Source: Macrostomum lignano
Lineage: Eukaryota
Direction: 5' to 3'
DNA length: 34,367 nucleotides
Assembly (NCBI GenBank): GCA_002269645.1
Contig: NIVC01001564.1
Location: 233,517 to 267,883, forward strand
This document shows positions 23,879 through 33,710 of this stretch, in pieces. The number at the start of each line of letters is the position of its first letter. Position 1 is the stretch's first letter. Below the pieces are notes generated by a model. It made no database searches and was not told the origin of the DNA. It saw nothing but the letters and a program-made list of their open reading frames with translations. The position numbers and the translations under genes are program-made.

Positions 23879-26800
23879 ATGGCCCAGACCTCCGACGGCC
23901 TGCGTCTGCGTGGACAGTCCGAGCCGCTCACCCGACGACTCAAGCGACTGCTCGACGAGTACTCTGACGGTCTGGCGGTGCCCAAGGAGCTGCTGCAGAA
24001 CGCTGACGACGCGGGCGCCACCGAGCTCACCATGCTCTACGACTGTCGCAAGAACTCAAACTGGCGCGGCTCCGAGTCGCTGCTCGATCCGGCGATGGCC
24101 GACTGTCAGGGACGGGCGCTGTGGGCCTTCAACAACGCCACCTTCAGCGACGAGGACTTCGACAACATCCTGCAGCTGAGCGGAGCCACCAAGCTGGAGA
24201 AGACGGCCAAGGTCGGTCGCTTCGGTCTGGGCTTCAACTCGGTGTACAACCTGACTGACGTGCCGCAGATCCTCAGTCGACACCGCATGCTGATCCTCGA
24301 CCCGCATGGTGAGCGCAGAGGCGAGGGCTACTTGGAGACGGTGTACGCGAGTCACGGGGACAGGGACACTGGAGTTGAGCTCGACTTTCAAGCACAGCGG
24401 AGTCTGCTGGATCAGTACGCCAACCAGTTTGCACCGTTCGCTGGAGTCTCAGGCTGCAATCTGCAAGCGGATGAAGGAAACTTCGCCGGCACGCTGCTGC
24501 GTCTTCCGCTGCGCACTGAGGCTCAGGCAGCGAAGTCGAAGATCTGCGATCGCGTGTACTCTGACTCGGAGATTCGTGGCTTGTTGAGACTGGCTGCAGA
24601 GCAAGCTGACACTATGCTTCTGTTCACCCAGACAGTGCGAACATTCCGGTGTCTGTTCCTGCCGTCCAATGCGACCGATCCTTCAAATCAAACTCAACTC
24701 GTGTTCTGCGTTCACAAGAGCCCTCTCAAATATTTCCAGCGACATGCCATTGCACTGCCACCGCTACCAATAGCAGGAATGTCACAAGCGGATCAAGAGT
24801 TCGCTGCTCAGAGCTCTATTCTCAAGGTAGCCGAAGCTCTGATCGAATCTGCTACTCAAGGAGGGTCTGGACGAAATCAAGCACATCGCTGTCAAGCGAC
24901 TGTCGAGGTAGAGGTTCAGCTTGGAGACTCAGCTCATGACCAGTTCCAGATCAGCACAGTCGCCTCCACCAGAGTGTGGCTCGTGTGCGCTGCTGTCGCC
25001 ACTGGGCAGTCGCTCGCTGTCGCGTTGGAGCAGCGTCGTCTCGGACTGGCGCCTGTGGGAGCCGTGGCTCTGCCCATCGAGCAGTCTAACAGGATTGTGC
25101 CGCTATCACGTGACACACAGCCGGCCTCGCTGCTGTTCTGTTTCCTACCGCTGCCTGTAGAAAATCCATTTCCAGTGATGCTGAACGCGAGCTTCTCCGT
25201 CACCTCGAGCCGACGCCACCTCAACGAGGTCACGGTCGACGAGAAGCAGGGCGTGTGGAGTCTCGGCGAGTGGAACCGAGTGCTGCTCACAGACGTCATT
25301 TGTCCTGCCTACATCGACGCTCTGAAGATTCTAAGTGGAATGTCTTTGGTAAATGCAGAGATTTCGCAAGAGCTGTGGCCTCGATTCGACAGAGCTACTC
25401 AGTCTGTGTGGAGGCCGCTTATTGAGAAGTTCTACGCTTCCCTGCTTGACGGTCAGGCGTCAATCTTTCACACATCAGCCGGCTGGAAAAGTTTGGGACA
25501 TACAGTGTTTCTGGATCCCAGCATCCTGTCACTGGGTGGGATTTCAGATTGTTTGAGTCGACTCGCCACGAGACTCGTGGGTCAGCACGAAGGTGTAGCA
25601 TCGTTGACCGATGGAGTTCGACGAACTGTGGAGCAGCTGGGACTGACGAACAAGATTTTGCAGCGTCAATGGTCGGGCGAGACACTGCTGCTTAATTTGG
25701 TGCCGAACATGCCTCGCTTGTGGCAGTCGGGCTACTCTGAGGACTGCTTTAAAGCGCTGAAATTCATACTGAATGTTATCAGTGGAGGCGGCAATGCAGA
25801 CTGGAGCTCCGCTTCTAGAATTGTTACTCAAAAGGTTTTGAATTCGTTGAAGCAGTCCTATTGCATTCCTAACGTTGGAAACGCCTTTTGTCAGCCTCTG
25901 CAGCTTCTGGACACCAGCTGTCAGGCTGCAAAGCTGTTTGAAATGAACGCAAGCGTTTTTCCTCACAGCGACCTGCAAACACCGGATCAGCTAAAAGCGC
26001 TCCGCACAGTCGGGCTCCGTGCGGATCTCAATTGGGCCGAGTTGCTGAGTCGCGCTCAGTCAGTTGCTGCGCTCTCCGAGCCTCAGAGAACTGAGCGCAC
26101 GGTTGCGCTGCTTTCGTACTTGGATTCGTTCCTCTCTAAGTTTGTAAACCAGCCGATCGGTCAGCTGAGAAACGTAGCATTTCTACCTGCCTTGAAGAAA
26201 GCTAACGACAGTTGCCTTGTCTGGCTTTCAGATCGGCATCCAAAAACGCAACTTTTCCAGCCTTGTCAGCTGTTTGATGCCAGCTGCAAAGATCTCGTTT
26301 CGGCTTCATACCTTATTTTGGACGAGACAGTGCTGCGTGATGTTACCTCATCAAGCAGACAAGATCTATTGGCTCAAATCGGAGTTTTGAACGTGAGTTA
26401 CGTCGCCAATGAGGTGGCTTGGAAGCAGCTGGTAGCTCTGGCCGGCACCCAAGCTGGCAATGAAGAAACTCTGCGAGTGAGCCGGTGCGTTTATCGACAC
26501 CTCAGTGCCCAAATCTCCAACCGACGGCTCAATAGCCAAATGGTTCTTGGCATAGTGACTCAGACTCCGAACATTATTTGGTCCCCATCAGGTTTCATTA
26601 CGCCTGCTCAAGTAAGTCTGTCGAGATCTGATGCGGGATTCGAGCCATTTCTTCATGTTTTGCCTTCCGAACTAAGCGGCATTCAGTGCGAAAGCTTCTT
26701 CAGGGCAGCTGGAGTCAATGAAAATTTCGCGGCATCGCACTATGCAGGTGTGCTTAAACTTCTTTCTCAGCGTTACTCCTCGGCACCACTAATACCTGGC

Positions 26801-29800
26801 GATTTAGATTTGAGCCTGAAAATACTCGACCAGATTAGCCGCCGTCAGGATGAAACCTTGGCGACTGAGAGCTTGCTCGCACCTGACCATAGCCGCATTC
26901 TGAGACCCTGCACACAACTGTGCTTTAACAACCTGCCTTGGATGAAGTCCGTGCAACTACCAAATGAGACCTTCTTCTGCCACGAAAACATCTCCTTCGG
27001 ACTGTGCCAGAAACTTGGAGTTCCAAGCCAGAGAGAAAGCATGCTGGCTCAAGCGATGCAGCCTCTGCCTTTCGGCCAACACGAGGACCTCACAACCAGA
27101 CTGCAGAACATCATTTCCGGATACCCGCTTGGAATCGAGCTCTTCAAGGAACTCATTCAGAATGCGGACGATGCTGGGGCATCAAAGATCAGCTTCATCA
27201 TCGATCGTCGGCATCACGGGACCGAGCGAGTGCTGAGTGACAGCTGGAAGGAGCTGCAGGGACCTGCGCTTCTTGTCTACAACGACTCGACATTCTCCGA
27301 TGCGGACATCGAAGGCATCCAGAATCTCGGTCTCGGGTCCAAGCGAGACGACGCATGGAAAGCTGGACAGTACGGCATCGGATTCAACTGTGTGTACAAC
27401 ATCACGGATGCGCCCTCGTTTCTGTCCGATGGAAAGATTTTCTGCGTGATGGATCCGCACTGCGGGTACATGCCTGGTGCTACTTTGGCTTCTCCAGGAG
27501 GTATGTACAAGAACGTCGAGTGTTTGAAATATACTTTTCGCGACGTATTTGCGGGGTACTGTCCCGAGAGCTTGAAGCAAACCGGAGGAACCGTGTTTCG
27601 ACTGCCATTGAGAACGGTGAGCTCAGCTAAAAAATCTAGGATATGCGAACGATCGGTAAGTGCCGATGATATCAAGCAGCTATTCGACGAATTCAAGAAT
27701 GAACTTGGGCGAACTGCCTTGTTTCTCTTGAATATCCGTGAAGTGCAACTCTCCGAAGTATGGCCTGACAACAAGTTCACAACAGTTTTTGCCGCCAAGT
27801 TGGAAGTTGAAACTGTATCAGGGTGCTTTGATAACTACAAGGAGGCGTGCGAAACTGCCAGTCAGCATCTGCGGAGCAGGGGAGCTCAGTTAAGCTGCAT
27901 TCCAGTCAGCTCGGTCACCTACGAACTTACGGTTAGTGGGACTGGCACCAATTTCAAGCAAAGATGGCTCGTTTTCCAAAAACTCGGAGGTGGACTGGAC
28001 CACATGCCCGCACAGCTGCAGCAGCAAGTGGCCTCCGGAAAGTGGCGTCTTTTGCCAAAGACCGGAGTCGCTGCTCCCATTTCCATGACTGAAACATGCA
28101 GGGTTGAAGGTCACGTCTACTGTCTGCTGCCATTGCCTGTGACGACTGCACTTCCTGTACACGTGAACGGTCACTTCATTCTGGACCCATCGCGCAGATC
28201 TCTGTGGAAGGCGGATGGAGCTGTGGATGTCAAGGAGCAATGGAACCAAGTGCTGGCCACACAGCTTCTGCCTGACTGCTATGGCAGTCTACTCGAAGCA
28301 GCAAAAACAGTTTATCCGAATGTGCAGAACGTACACCACTTCTACAGCCTTCTTCCAGAGTACCACGCAAGCAATCAGACGCTGTGGGGCCAGCTTGCAA
28401 AGCTTGTCTTCCAAAACGCCTTTCGATTTCGATGGGCCATCTTCCCTGTGCACTCTGTACTTGAAAAGCAGCTGAAGTGGCTGCCGCTAGCACAGAGCTC
28501 AGGTGATGTCAGCGGTAGTGCTGCATTCTTGACTCCGTACAATTTGACCGCGTTTCTTCAGAACATCCTGAGTAAACTGCGATTTCCCATCATGGTCCCG
28601 GATCATGTAGGCCTTCGTCAGTCGCTTGAGTCGAGCCAGCTGGAGTTCAGCCCTGTAGCTGATGCTGTGTCAATTTGCGCATTTCTCAGGGGTCCAGCGT
28701 GCAAGCAACTTCGAGATTCGTTGCCGAGTGATGTGAGCACGTCATCATTTCAAACACCAGAGGCCGTTGTAAGCCTGCTCAAATATCTGCTTGATGAATT
28801 GCAAGACGAAGTGCAGCATCTCATCGGAGTGCCCTTGAATTTAGGTGCCGGTAACCGACTCACTGAGTTTGACAATGGACGGACGCCTCTGTTTCTCACT
28901 CAATTCCACGACTTGTTTTCACACAGCGAAGCAAAGCACGAGTTTGTGCACAAGAAAGTTTTGTTTCAGCTCGATCAAAATAAGAAAAACAATTTAATCC
29001 AGAAACAGCTGTGCAAAAAGTTTCAGCTGATGGATTTTTGCACTCTTCTGCACAGAGAGCATGCTGCAATCTGCAGGACTGACTCTGCCTTTTTACCAAA
29101 TTCAGAGTTCGGAATGGAAGCTGAGTTTCTCGAACAATGGTTGAATCGAGTGTGGGAGTTTCTAGACAACAAATGCACTAATAAGAATGCACCAATGCAA
29201 ACGTTATCCTCTTCAGGACTGGGCAGCGCACACCTGATTCCTGTAAACCAGTCGCGCTTTGCAAGCCTCTCACTAGCGCCCTGTATTTATGAGCCAATCA
29301 GATTCGGTCTCGATGACTGCAGCAAAGCAGTTGAGGAGTCTCTGCAGCAGCTCAACGCTCCCTCGCTCAGCATGATGGGCTTGAAGCTGGTCGGCAGTCT
29401 GTGTGGCAACGTCAGACAGCCCGAGTCCATGCTGAGAGTGATGGAGTTCGCTCTAAATGAGAACGCTGAGAGATCTACGATCACAGAGAAGCAGGCTGTG
29501 AGCTTTTTGGTGTACATTCAGAGCAACTGGGGAGAGCTAAGTAAGAGAATGGGAGAGCAGAACCTCCTTGCAAGAGTGCGTCAATTACCGGTGTTTGTCA
29601 CTTCTGATGGTCGCTGCTGTGCGCTCAAGTCTGAGCAGGCCTGTATCTTACCGGCATCGCTCGTGACCGATGAGATGGACGAGTGGAAGAGCTCCAGCAA
29701 GGCCATCTTCTTGAAGGCAAACTGGTCTCTCACGATGCTGTACGCAAAGCTTCAATGCGACGAGATGGCAGAGCTTGAGGTTTATGCGAGGTTTATCCTG

Positions 29801-31789
29801 CCAGTGTTCTCCAAGTTCACCGACGATACTCGAAAAAAGCATCTCGAAAAACTTTGCGAGCTGAGCTGGGATTTCGAAAGGGTTAAAGTGAAGAACCCTG
29901 ACAAGTTTCAAATGCTCAGTCAGTCTCTCAGGGCAGCCAAACTCATTCCGTTTGACGGACAATGGTGGAGCGTCAACACGTTTTATGATGGAAATGTTGA
30001 AATTTTCAAAAAGTTTCTTCAGCCACAATGCTTCTTGCCAACGCCGTACAATGAAGAGCGATGGAGAAAGCTGATGAAATTTTCCGGTCTGATCTTGGAA
30101 TGCACGGCTCCAATTGCCATCAGCTTTGCCAGTGAACTGCAAACGCAAGGAGCCATTGGTATCACAGATGAGTTATCTAGGAAATCGGAAGCTCTGCTCA
30201 AGTTTATCGACAGCTATGAGTTCCGCAAAGACAGAACTGAATCTGTAGTCCGACAACTGGCAGGAATTCAATTTATTGTAGCCAACAGCGACGGCGCTCT
30301 TCAGAGCCTTTGTCAGAGCGATCGAATTCGAATGGCGAGTCTGTCCCAGTGCGCCCTGTTCGAAGCTCGCTTCCTGTGCTGGACTGCCATGCCCTACGGA
30401 CCGAGCTGTGTTGGCCAGGGCAGCTGCTTTGCAAGCTCAGTGATGCCAGTTTCTGATGCCATTTTTCTGCGCCACGTTGTCAACCTTTTCTCTGCAGCGA
30501 CCTTCACGTCAGCTGATCTTCGAGGCGAAGTTGCAACACTGAGAAGCGATGTCATGAATTCCGTGTACTCAAGATTGAGTACCATTATGAATTCTACAGC
30601 AGTTCAGTCAATTCTATTTCTGAAAGATATTCCGTGTGTGCTAATCAAAACCGAAGGCTATAAATCATTTTTTGTATCAGCTGGCAGAATTACTCAAGAT
30701 AAAAACTCTGCTATTCTGCCTTACATTCACGAGTGTCCTCAAGAATTTTCACAGTTCCGCAAGCTGTTTGCAAAACTGGGAGCTACAGAGTCTGCCACAA
30801 TCGAGCAACTTCGACTTGCATTGGAACTGATTCGGAATGAGCAACAAGGCTCGCTTCGCGCAGAGCAACTGAAGTCAGTGTCGCACTGTCTATCGAGTAT
30901 CATAGTTCTGCTGGAGCGGGGCGGCAGGCTCCAGTTCGAGTCCGACAGAGTGCTCTTCCTGCCTAAAAGAAGTCAGCATCAAGACAGCAGCACGGAAGCC
31001 GCTTTCGAACTGGTGGACTGCAGGTGTCTGACCATCAACGACTCAGAGGCGCACAACAATCGATTGGTGGATGCACAGGATGTACAGTTCCTTGATCTGA
31101 GCTTCTGCAAGCTGGGCACTGACAAGCTTCAGAGGCTGTACTTTCATCTCGCAGCCGACATGGGCCTGAAGAAACTGAGCGACAACGTAAGCGAGAGGCT
31201 GCTTTCAGACACCAATAAGTTTTGCAGCGATGGTGAGAGCTGTGAGACCCTACTCGGTCTGCAAGCTAAGTTGAGCCACCCAATGCTGCACCTGTGCATC
31301 GTAAGCATCATGCTGCATGGAAACAAGGATCTTTCTGGCAAAGGAGACGAGCGACTGGCTGCAGTGAAATCTTTGATATCTCGCTTCTCGGTTGTGTGTC
31401 TTTCCGAGTTGCGCACGTGTCTGCTGCTGGATGGTGTCGAGCAGCAGGACTCGGAACAGGACAAGAACTTCTTTCTGGATGGGCAGCGGATTCTCATGAA
31501 TCACTCTACGATTCCGGACGAGATGAGCGGTGACCGAAGGCAGCTCTGGCAGATGGACTTTATCAAAATTATAATGCAGATTTTGAATTACGGTGTCAAC
31601 ATTTTGCCAGAGCAGAAAAGTTATTTGATTCAGGTGCTTCTTATGGACAGTCCAGACAGCATGCTGGCCGTTCTGCACGGACTAGGAATTGCACTGCACC
31701 AGACCAGTGAGCAGCAGTTTGCAGAGCCAAGCGCAACCGATGACTCAGTGCTCGTGAACCTGTACCGGAGTTTGAGCAGTGTCTACTGA
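23879..31789 (+). CDS. SACS: Sacsin-like protein, main uninterrupted ORF with two SRR (HSP90/GHKL-like ATPase) repeats
   Basis: Two sacsin repeat cores: GQSEPLTRRLKRLLDEY...ELLQNADDAGA...GRALWAFNNATFSDEDF...VGRFGLGFNSVY and FGQHEDLTTRL...ELIQNADDAGA...QGPALLVYND...GQYGIGFNCVY, each followed by an FCFLPLP/YCLLPLP...HVNGHF block. The ORF-track start (23768) is TTG. ATG 23879 coincides with a sharp rise in GC and directly precedes the first repeat. Confidence 0.95.
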   Translation: MAQTSDGLRLRGQSEPLTRRLKRLLDEYSDGLAVPKELLQNADDAGATELTMLYDCRKNSNWRGSESLLDPAMADCQGRALWAFNNATFSDEDFDNILQLSGATKLEKTAKVGRFGLGFNSVYNLTDVPQILSRHRMLILDPHGERRGEGYLETVYASHGDRDTGVELDFQAQRSLLDQYANQFAPFAGVSGCNLQADEGNFAGTLLRLPLRTEAQAAKSKICDRVYSDSEIRGLLRLAAEQADTMLLFTQTVRTFRCLFLPSNATDPSNQTQLVFCVHKSPLKYFQRHAIALPPLPIAGMSQADQEFAAQSSILKVAEALIESATQGGSGRNQAHRCQATVEVEVQLGDSAHDQFQISTVASTRVWLVCAAVATGQSLAVALEQRRLGLAPVGAVALPIEQSNRIVPLSRDTQPASLLFCFLPLPVENPFPVMLNASFSVTSSRRHLNEVTVDEKQGVWSLGEWNRVLLTDVICPAYIDALKILSGMSLVNAEISQELWPRFDRATQSVWRPLIEKFYASLLDGQASIFHTSAGWKSLGHTVFLDPSILSLGGISDCLSRLATRLVGQHEGVASLTDGVRRTVEQLGLTNKILQRQWSGETLLLNLVPNMPRLWQSGYSEDCFKALKFILNVISGGGNADWSSASRIVTQKVLNSLKQSYCIPNVGNAFCQPLQLLDTSCQAAKLFEMNASVFPHSDLQTPDQLKALRTVGLRADLNWAELLSRAQSVAALSEPQRTERTVALLSYLDSFLSKFVNQPIGQLRNVAFLPALKKANDSCLVWLSDRHPKTQLFQPCQLFDASCKDLVSASYLILDETVLRDVTSSSRQDLLAQIGVLNVSYVANEVAWKQLVALAGTQAGNEETLRVSRCVYRHLSAQISNRRLNSQMVLGIVTQTPNIIWSPSGFITPAQVSLSRSDAGFEPFLHVLPSELSGIQCESFFRAAGVNENFAASHYAGVLKLLSQRYSSAPLIPGDLDLSLKILDQISRRQDETLATESLLAPDHSRILRPCTQLCFNNLPWMKSVQLPNETFFCHENISFGLCQKLGVPSQRESMLAQAMQPLPFGQHEDLTTRLQNIISGYPLGIELFKELIQNADDAGASKISFIIDRRHHGTERVLSDSWKELQGPALLVYNDSTFSDADIEGIQNLGLGSKRDDAWKAGQYGIGFNCVYNITDAPSFLSDGKIFCVMDPHCGYMPGATLASPGGMYKNVECLKYTFRDVFAGYCPESLKQTGGTVFRLPLRTVSSAKKSRICERSVSADDIKQLFDEFKNELGRTALFLLNIREVQLSEVWPDNKFTTVFAAKLEVETVSGCFDNYKEACETASQHLRSRGAQLSCIPVSSVTYELTVSGTGTNFKQRWLVFQKLGGGLDHMPAQLQQQVASGKWRLLPKTGVAAPISMTETCRVEGHVYCLLPLPVTTALPVHVNGHFILDPSRRSLWKADGAVDVKEQWNQVLATQLLPDCYGSLLEAAKTVYPNVQNVHHFYSLLPEYHASNQTLWGQLAKLVFQNAFRFRWAIFPVHSVLEKQLKWLPLAQSSGDVSGSAAFLTPYNLTAFLQNILSKLRFPIMVPDHVGLRQSLESSQLEFSPVADAVSICAFLRGPACKQLRDSLPSDVSTSSFQTPEAVVSLLKYLLDELQDEVQHLIGVPLNLGAGNRLTEFDNGRTPLFLTQFHDLFSHSEAKHEFVHKKVLFQLDQNKKNNLIQKQLCKKFQLMDFCTLLHREHAAICRTDSAFLPNSEFGMEAEFLEQWLNRVWEFLDNKCTNKNAPMQTLSSSGLGSAHLIPVNQSRFASLSLAPCIYEPIRFGLDDCSKAVEESLQQLNAPSLSMMGLKLVGSLCGNVRQPESMLRVMEFALNENAERSTITEKQAVSFLVYIQSNWGELSKRMGEQNLLARVRQLPVFVTSDGRCCALKSEQACILPASLVTDEMDEWKSSSKAIFLKANWSLTMLYAKLQCDEMAELEVYARFILPVFSKFTDDTRKKHLEKLCELSWDFERVKVKNPDKFQMLSQSLRAAKLIPFDGQWWSVNTFYDGNVEIFKKFLQPQCFLPTPYNEERWRKLMKFSGLILECTAPIAISFASELQTQGAIGITDELSRKSEALLKFIDSYEFRKDRTESVVRQLAGIQFIVANSDGALQSLCQSDRIRMASLSQCALFEARFLCWTAMPYGPSCVGQGSCFASSVMPVSDAIFLRHVVNLFSAATFTSADLRGEVATLRSDVMNSVYSRLSTIMNSTAVQSILFLKDIPCVLIKTEGYKSFFVSAGRITQDKNSAILPYIHECPQEFSQFRKLFAKLGATESATIEQLRLALELIRNEQQGSLRAEQLKSVSHCLSSIIVLLERGGRLQFESDRVLFLPKRSQHQDSSTEAAFELVDCRCLTINDSEAHNNRLVDAQDVQFLDLSFCKLGTDKLQRLYFHLAADMGLKKLSDNVSERLLSDTNKFCSDGESCETLLGLQAKLSHPMLHLCIVSIMLHGNKDLSGKGDERLAAVKSLISRFSVVCLSELRTCLLLDGVEQQDSEQDKNFFLDGQRILMNHSTIPDEMSGDRRQLWQMDFIKIIMQILNYGVNILPEQKSYLIQVLLMDSPDSMLAVLHGLGIALHQTSEQQFAEPSATDDSVLVNLYRSLSSVY

Positions 31790-32145
31790 AGCAACTGCCA
31801 GATAGACCAAGGGACATTGTGAACCAAATTGTGGCTTACAGAAATGACGATGGAAGACTTGTTTACGCTCGGGTAGTGGAAAGACACCCTGGTGGCAGCG
31901 ATAACCCGTGGACTAGCGAGTTTACTATTAAAATCGGTGAAGGTTCGAAACTACGAGTTTCAATGTCTGCGCTGTTCTCCTTTGAAGAGCGGTCTTTCGC
32001 CCAAGCTAACCAAAATAATGGTGAGGACATTGCAACAACGGTGGATCATCTGCTGAGCAGCGCAGCTTCTCTGCCGACCGAGCAGCAGCGCCAGATTTTT
32101 CAGCGCATACTGGCTCACTACTCGAACTCGGATGAGTCATTAAAC
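31744..32145 (+). CDS. SACS: Sacsin-like gene continuation (frame 1): pre-J region and degenerate J-like segment
   Basis: After a -1 switch near 31741-31750 the frame reads AREPVPEFEQCLLKQLP...NQIVAY...LVYARVV...EFTIKIG...SALFSF...VDHLLSSAASLPTEQQRQIFQRIL. This is colinear with the sacsin P.P...GE.VGY...YA.IV...Y.IDIG...LDLYKF and AWKLP...RKKII.RL region. Confidence 0.85.
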
Positions 32146-32827
32146 CAGGTGCGAACGCGCGCTGCAACATGGATGGACCCGACAGTTCGATCAGTGCATT
32201 GGTGGATGGCGCGAGCAGACAACTCGGGTTACCAGGTACCGACAGATTCTCATCGCAGAGGAAGTTGTCGTCACCATGCGATCAAGAAGCTACGGAGGAG
32301 GAGGCTGGAGCGGTGGCGGCGGCGGCGGTGGCTGCGCTTTCCGCTACCCTGGCCGGTCTGGCAGTTCGAGAGGCGGCGGTTCTGCCAGCTTTTTCTGCAG
32401 TTCAGGTGGCGCAAACTTTGCCAAACCGTCGCCTGACGATGCGGCGAGGTACCTGAAGACGGCGCGGCACGACCTGCGCTCGGCTGCGCGATTGGCTGAG
32501 GCCGGAGAGTACAACTGGGCCTGCTACATCAGCTGGCAGGCTACTGAGAAGGCGCTGAAGGCATTGCTGCTGAGACAGGGTCAGCCCATCGAGCGCAGCC
32601 ACCAGCTGAGCCAGCATCTGAGCTGCGTCTCGAGCAGCGACCTGCAGAGCAGCCTGGCCGGTCACGTTGCCGACCTGGCGGGCGCCATGGTGGACGACTG
32701 TCGCTACCCGAGCGACCGCAGCCGACCGCGGGTTCCGTCGGAGGTCTTCGGAGCGGAGCAGGCAGCGCGGGCTCTGCAGGGAGCGGAGGGCGTCGAACGG
32801 TGCGTCTCGTCCGAGTTTGCCGAATGA
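32146..32827 (+). CDS. SACS: Sacsin-like gene C-terminus (frame 2): Gly-rich linker and HEPN domain
   Basis: PSPDDAARYLKTARHDL...YNWACYISWQATEKALKALL...SHQL...RYP...FAE* is a clear HEPN signature, as at the end of sacsins. This frame is open from 32144. Confidence 0.9.
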
Positions 32828-32956
32828 CTCGAGTGAGTGACTTGGAGTTGGCTTTGTTTTTCTGCAGACAACTGGTTTGCGCGTGTAGCGCGATGCAGAA
32901 GGAGGTGGGGAAATCTTTTTTGCTTTGTCTTGTCATGTGTTTTTGTTGTATCCGAG

Positions 32957-33415
32957 CACAGATACTAGAATAACTAGATGAGCCACTCAGGCATATATAC
33001 TTAGCAAAACAGCTTTCTACTGTCAGTTCAGTAGCAAATAAGAAAGCATAAACTATTTTTTTAAGTAAATCAACTGAAATGACTTAAATAGGTGCCCATG
33101 CCTGCAGGTGTATACAGCATGGGCACTCTTGCTAATTGGTTCAGCAATAATGTACATTAGCCAGTCCACTGAAACGTACATGGCAGCTTTAGGCTGGAAT
33201 TTCGAGAAAGGAAATAAAAATTGGGGCGGTGCGAGGGTAGTGTGGAAAGCGCTCTTGGAGGGAGGGTTTATAAGGGTTTCATTTATTGGGTGGGATGTCA
33301 ATAAATTAGCCTCGGCTTTAATAATACATAAAAATGCTTCTGTTTAACTTACTACTGAATTCAAAGTAGTTTACAATGTGCTGAGTGGCCTATCTAGTTA
33401 TTTTAAGTATCTGTG
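32957..33415 (+). mobile_element. Copy of the CACAGATA-TIR MITE within the duplicated segment
   Basis: Same TIRs and position as 276..726. Confidence 0.75.
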
Positions 33416-33710
33416 GATTCAAGTGAGGAATTGCGATACAACTTTGTTTATGACAATGAGCAGCTGCAGGAGACATGTCCAATTGAAATGCGGCTAATTA
33501 TGTTTAATAAAAAAGTATGGTGTTTAGAGGTAGACCAATTTCTACGAACCAATATTTATCGCTGCATACTTCACACTTAGCTTGCTGTATTGTTTAAAAT
33601 ATTCCATTTAAGTTATTCAACAAACAAACAATTGACTGAGGCAAAAGGCCAACAATAAATGGCGATAACTCGTCAGGAAGGTTATAGATGCGTGTGGAAA
33701 GAGGAAAGTA

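Noticed and set aside
23836-32936. Many antisense and alternate-frame ORFs overlapping the sacsin gene
   Set aside because: Shadow ORFs of a GC-rich CDS with no independent homology.
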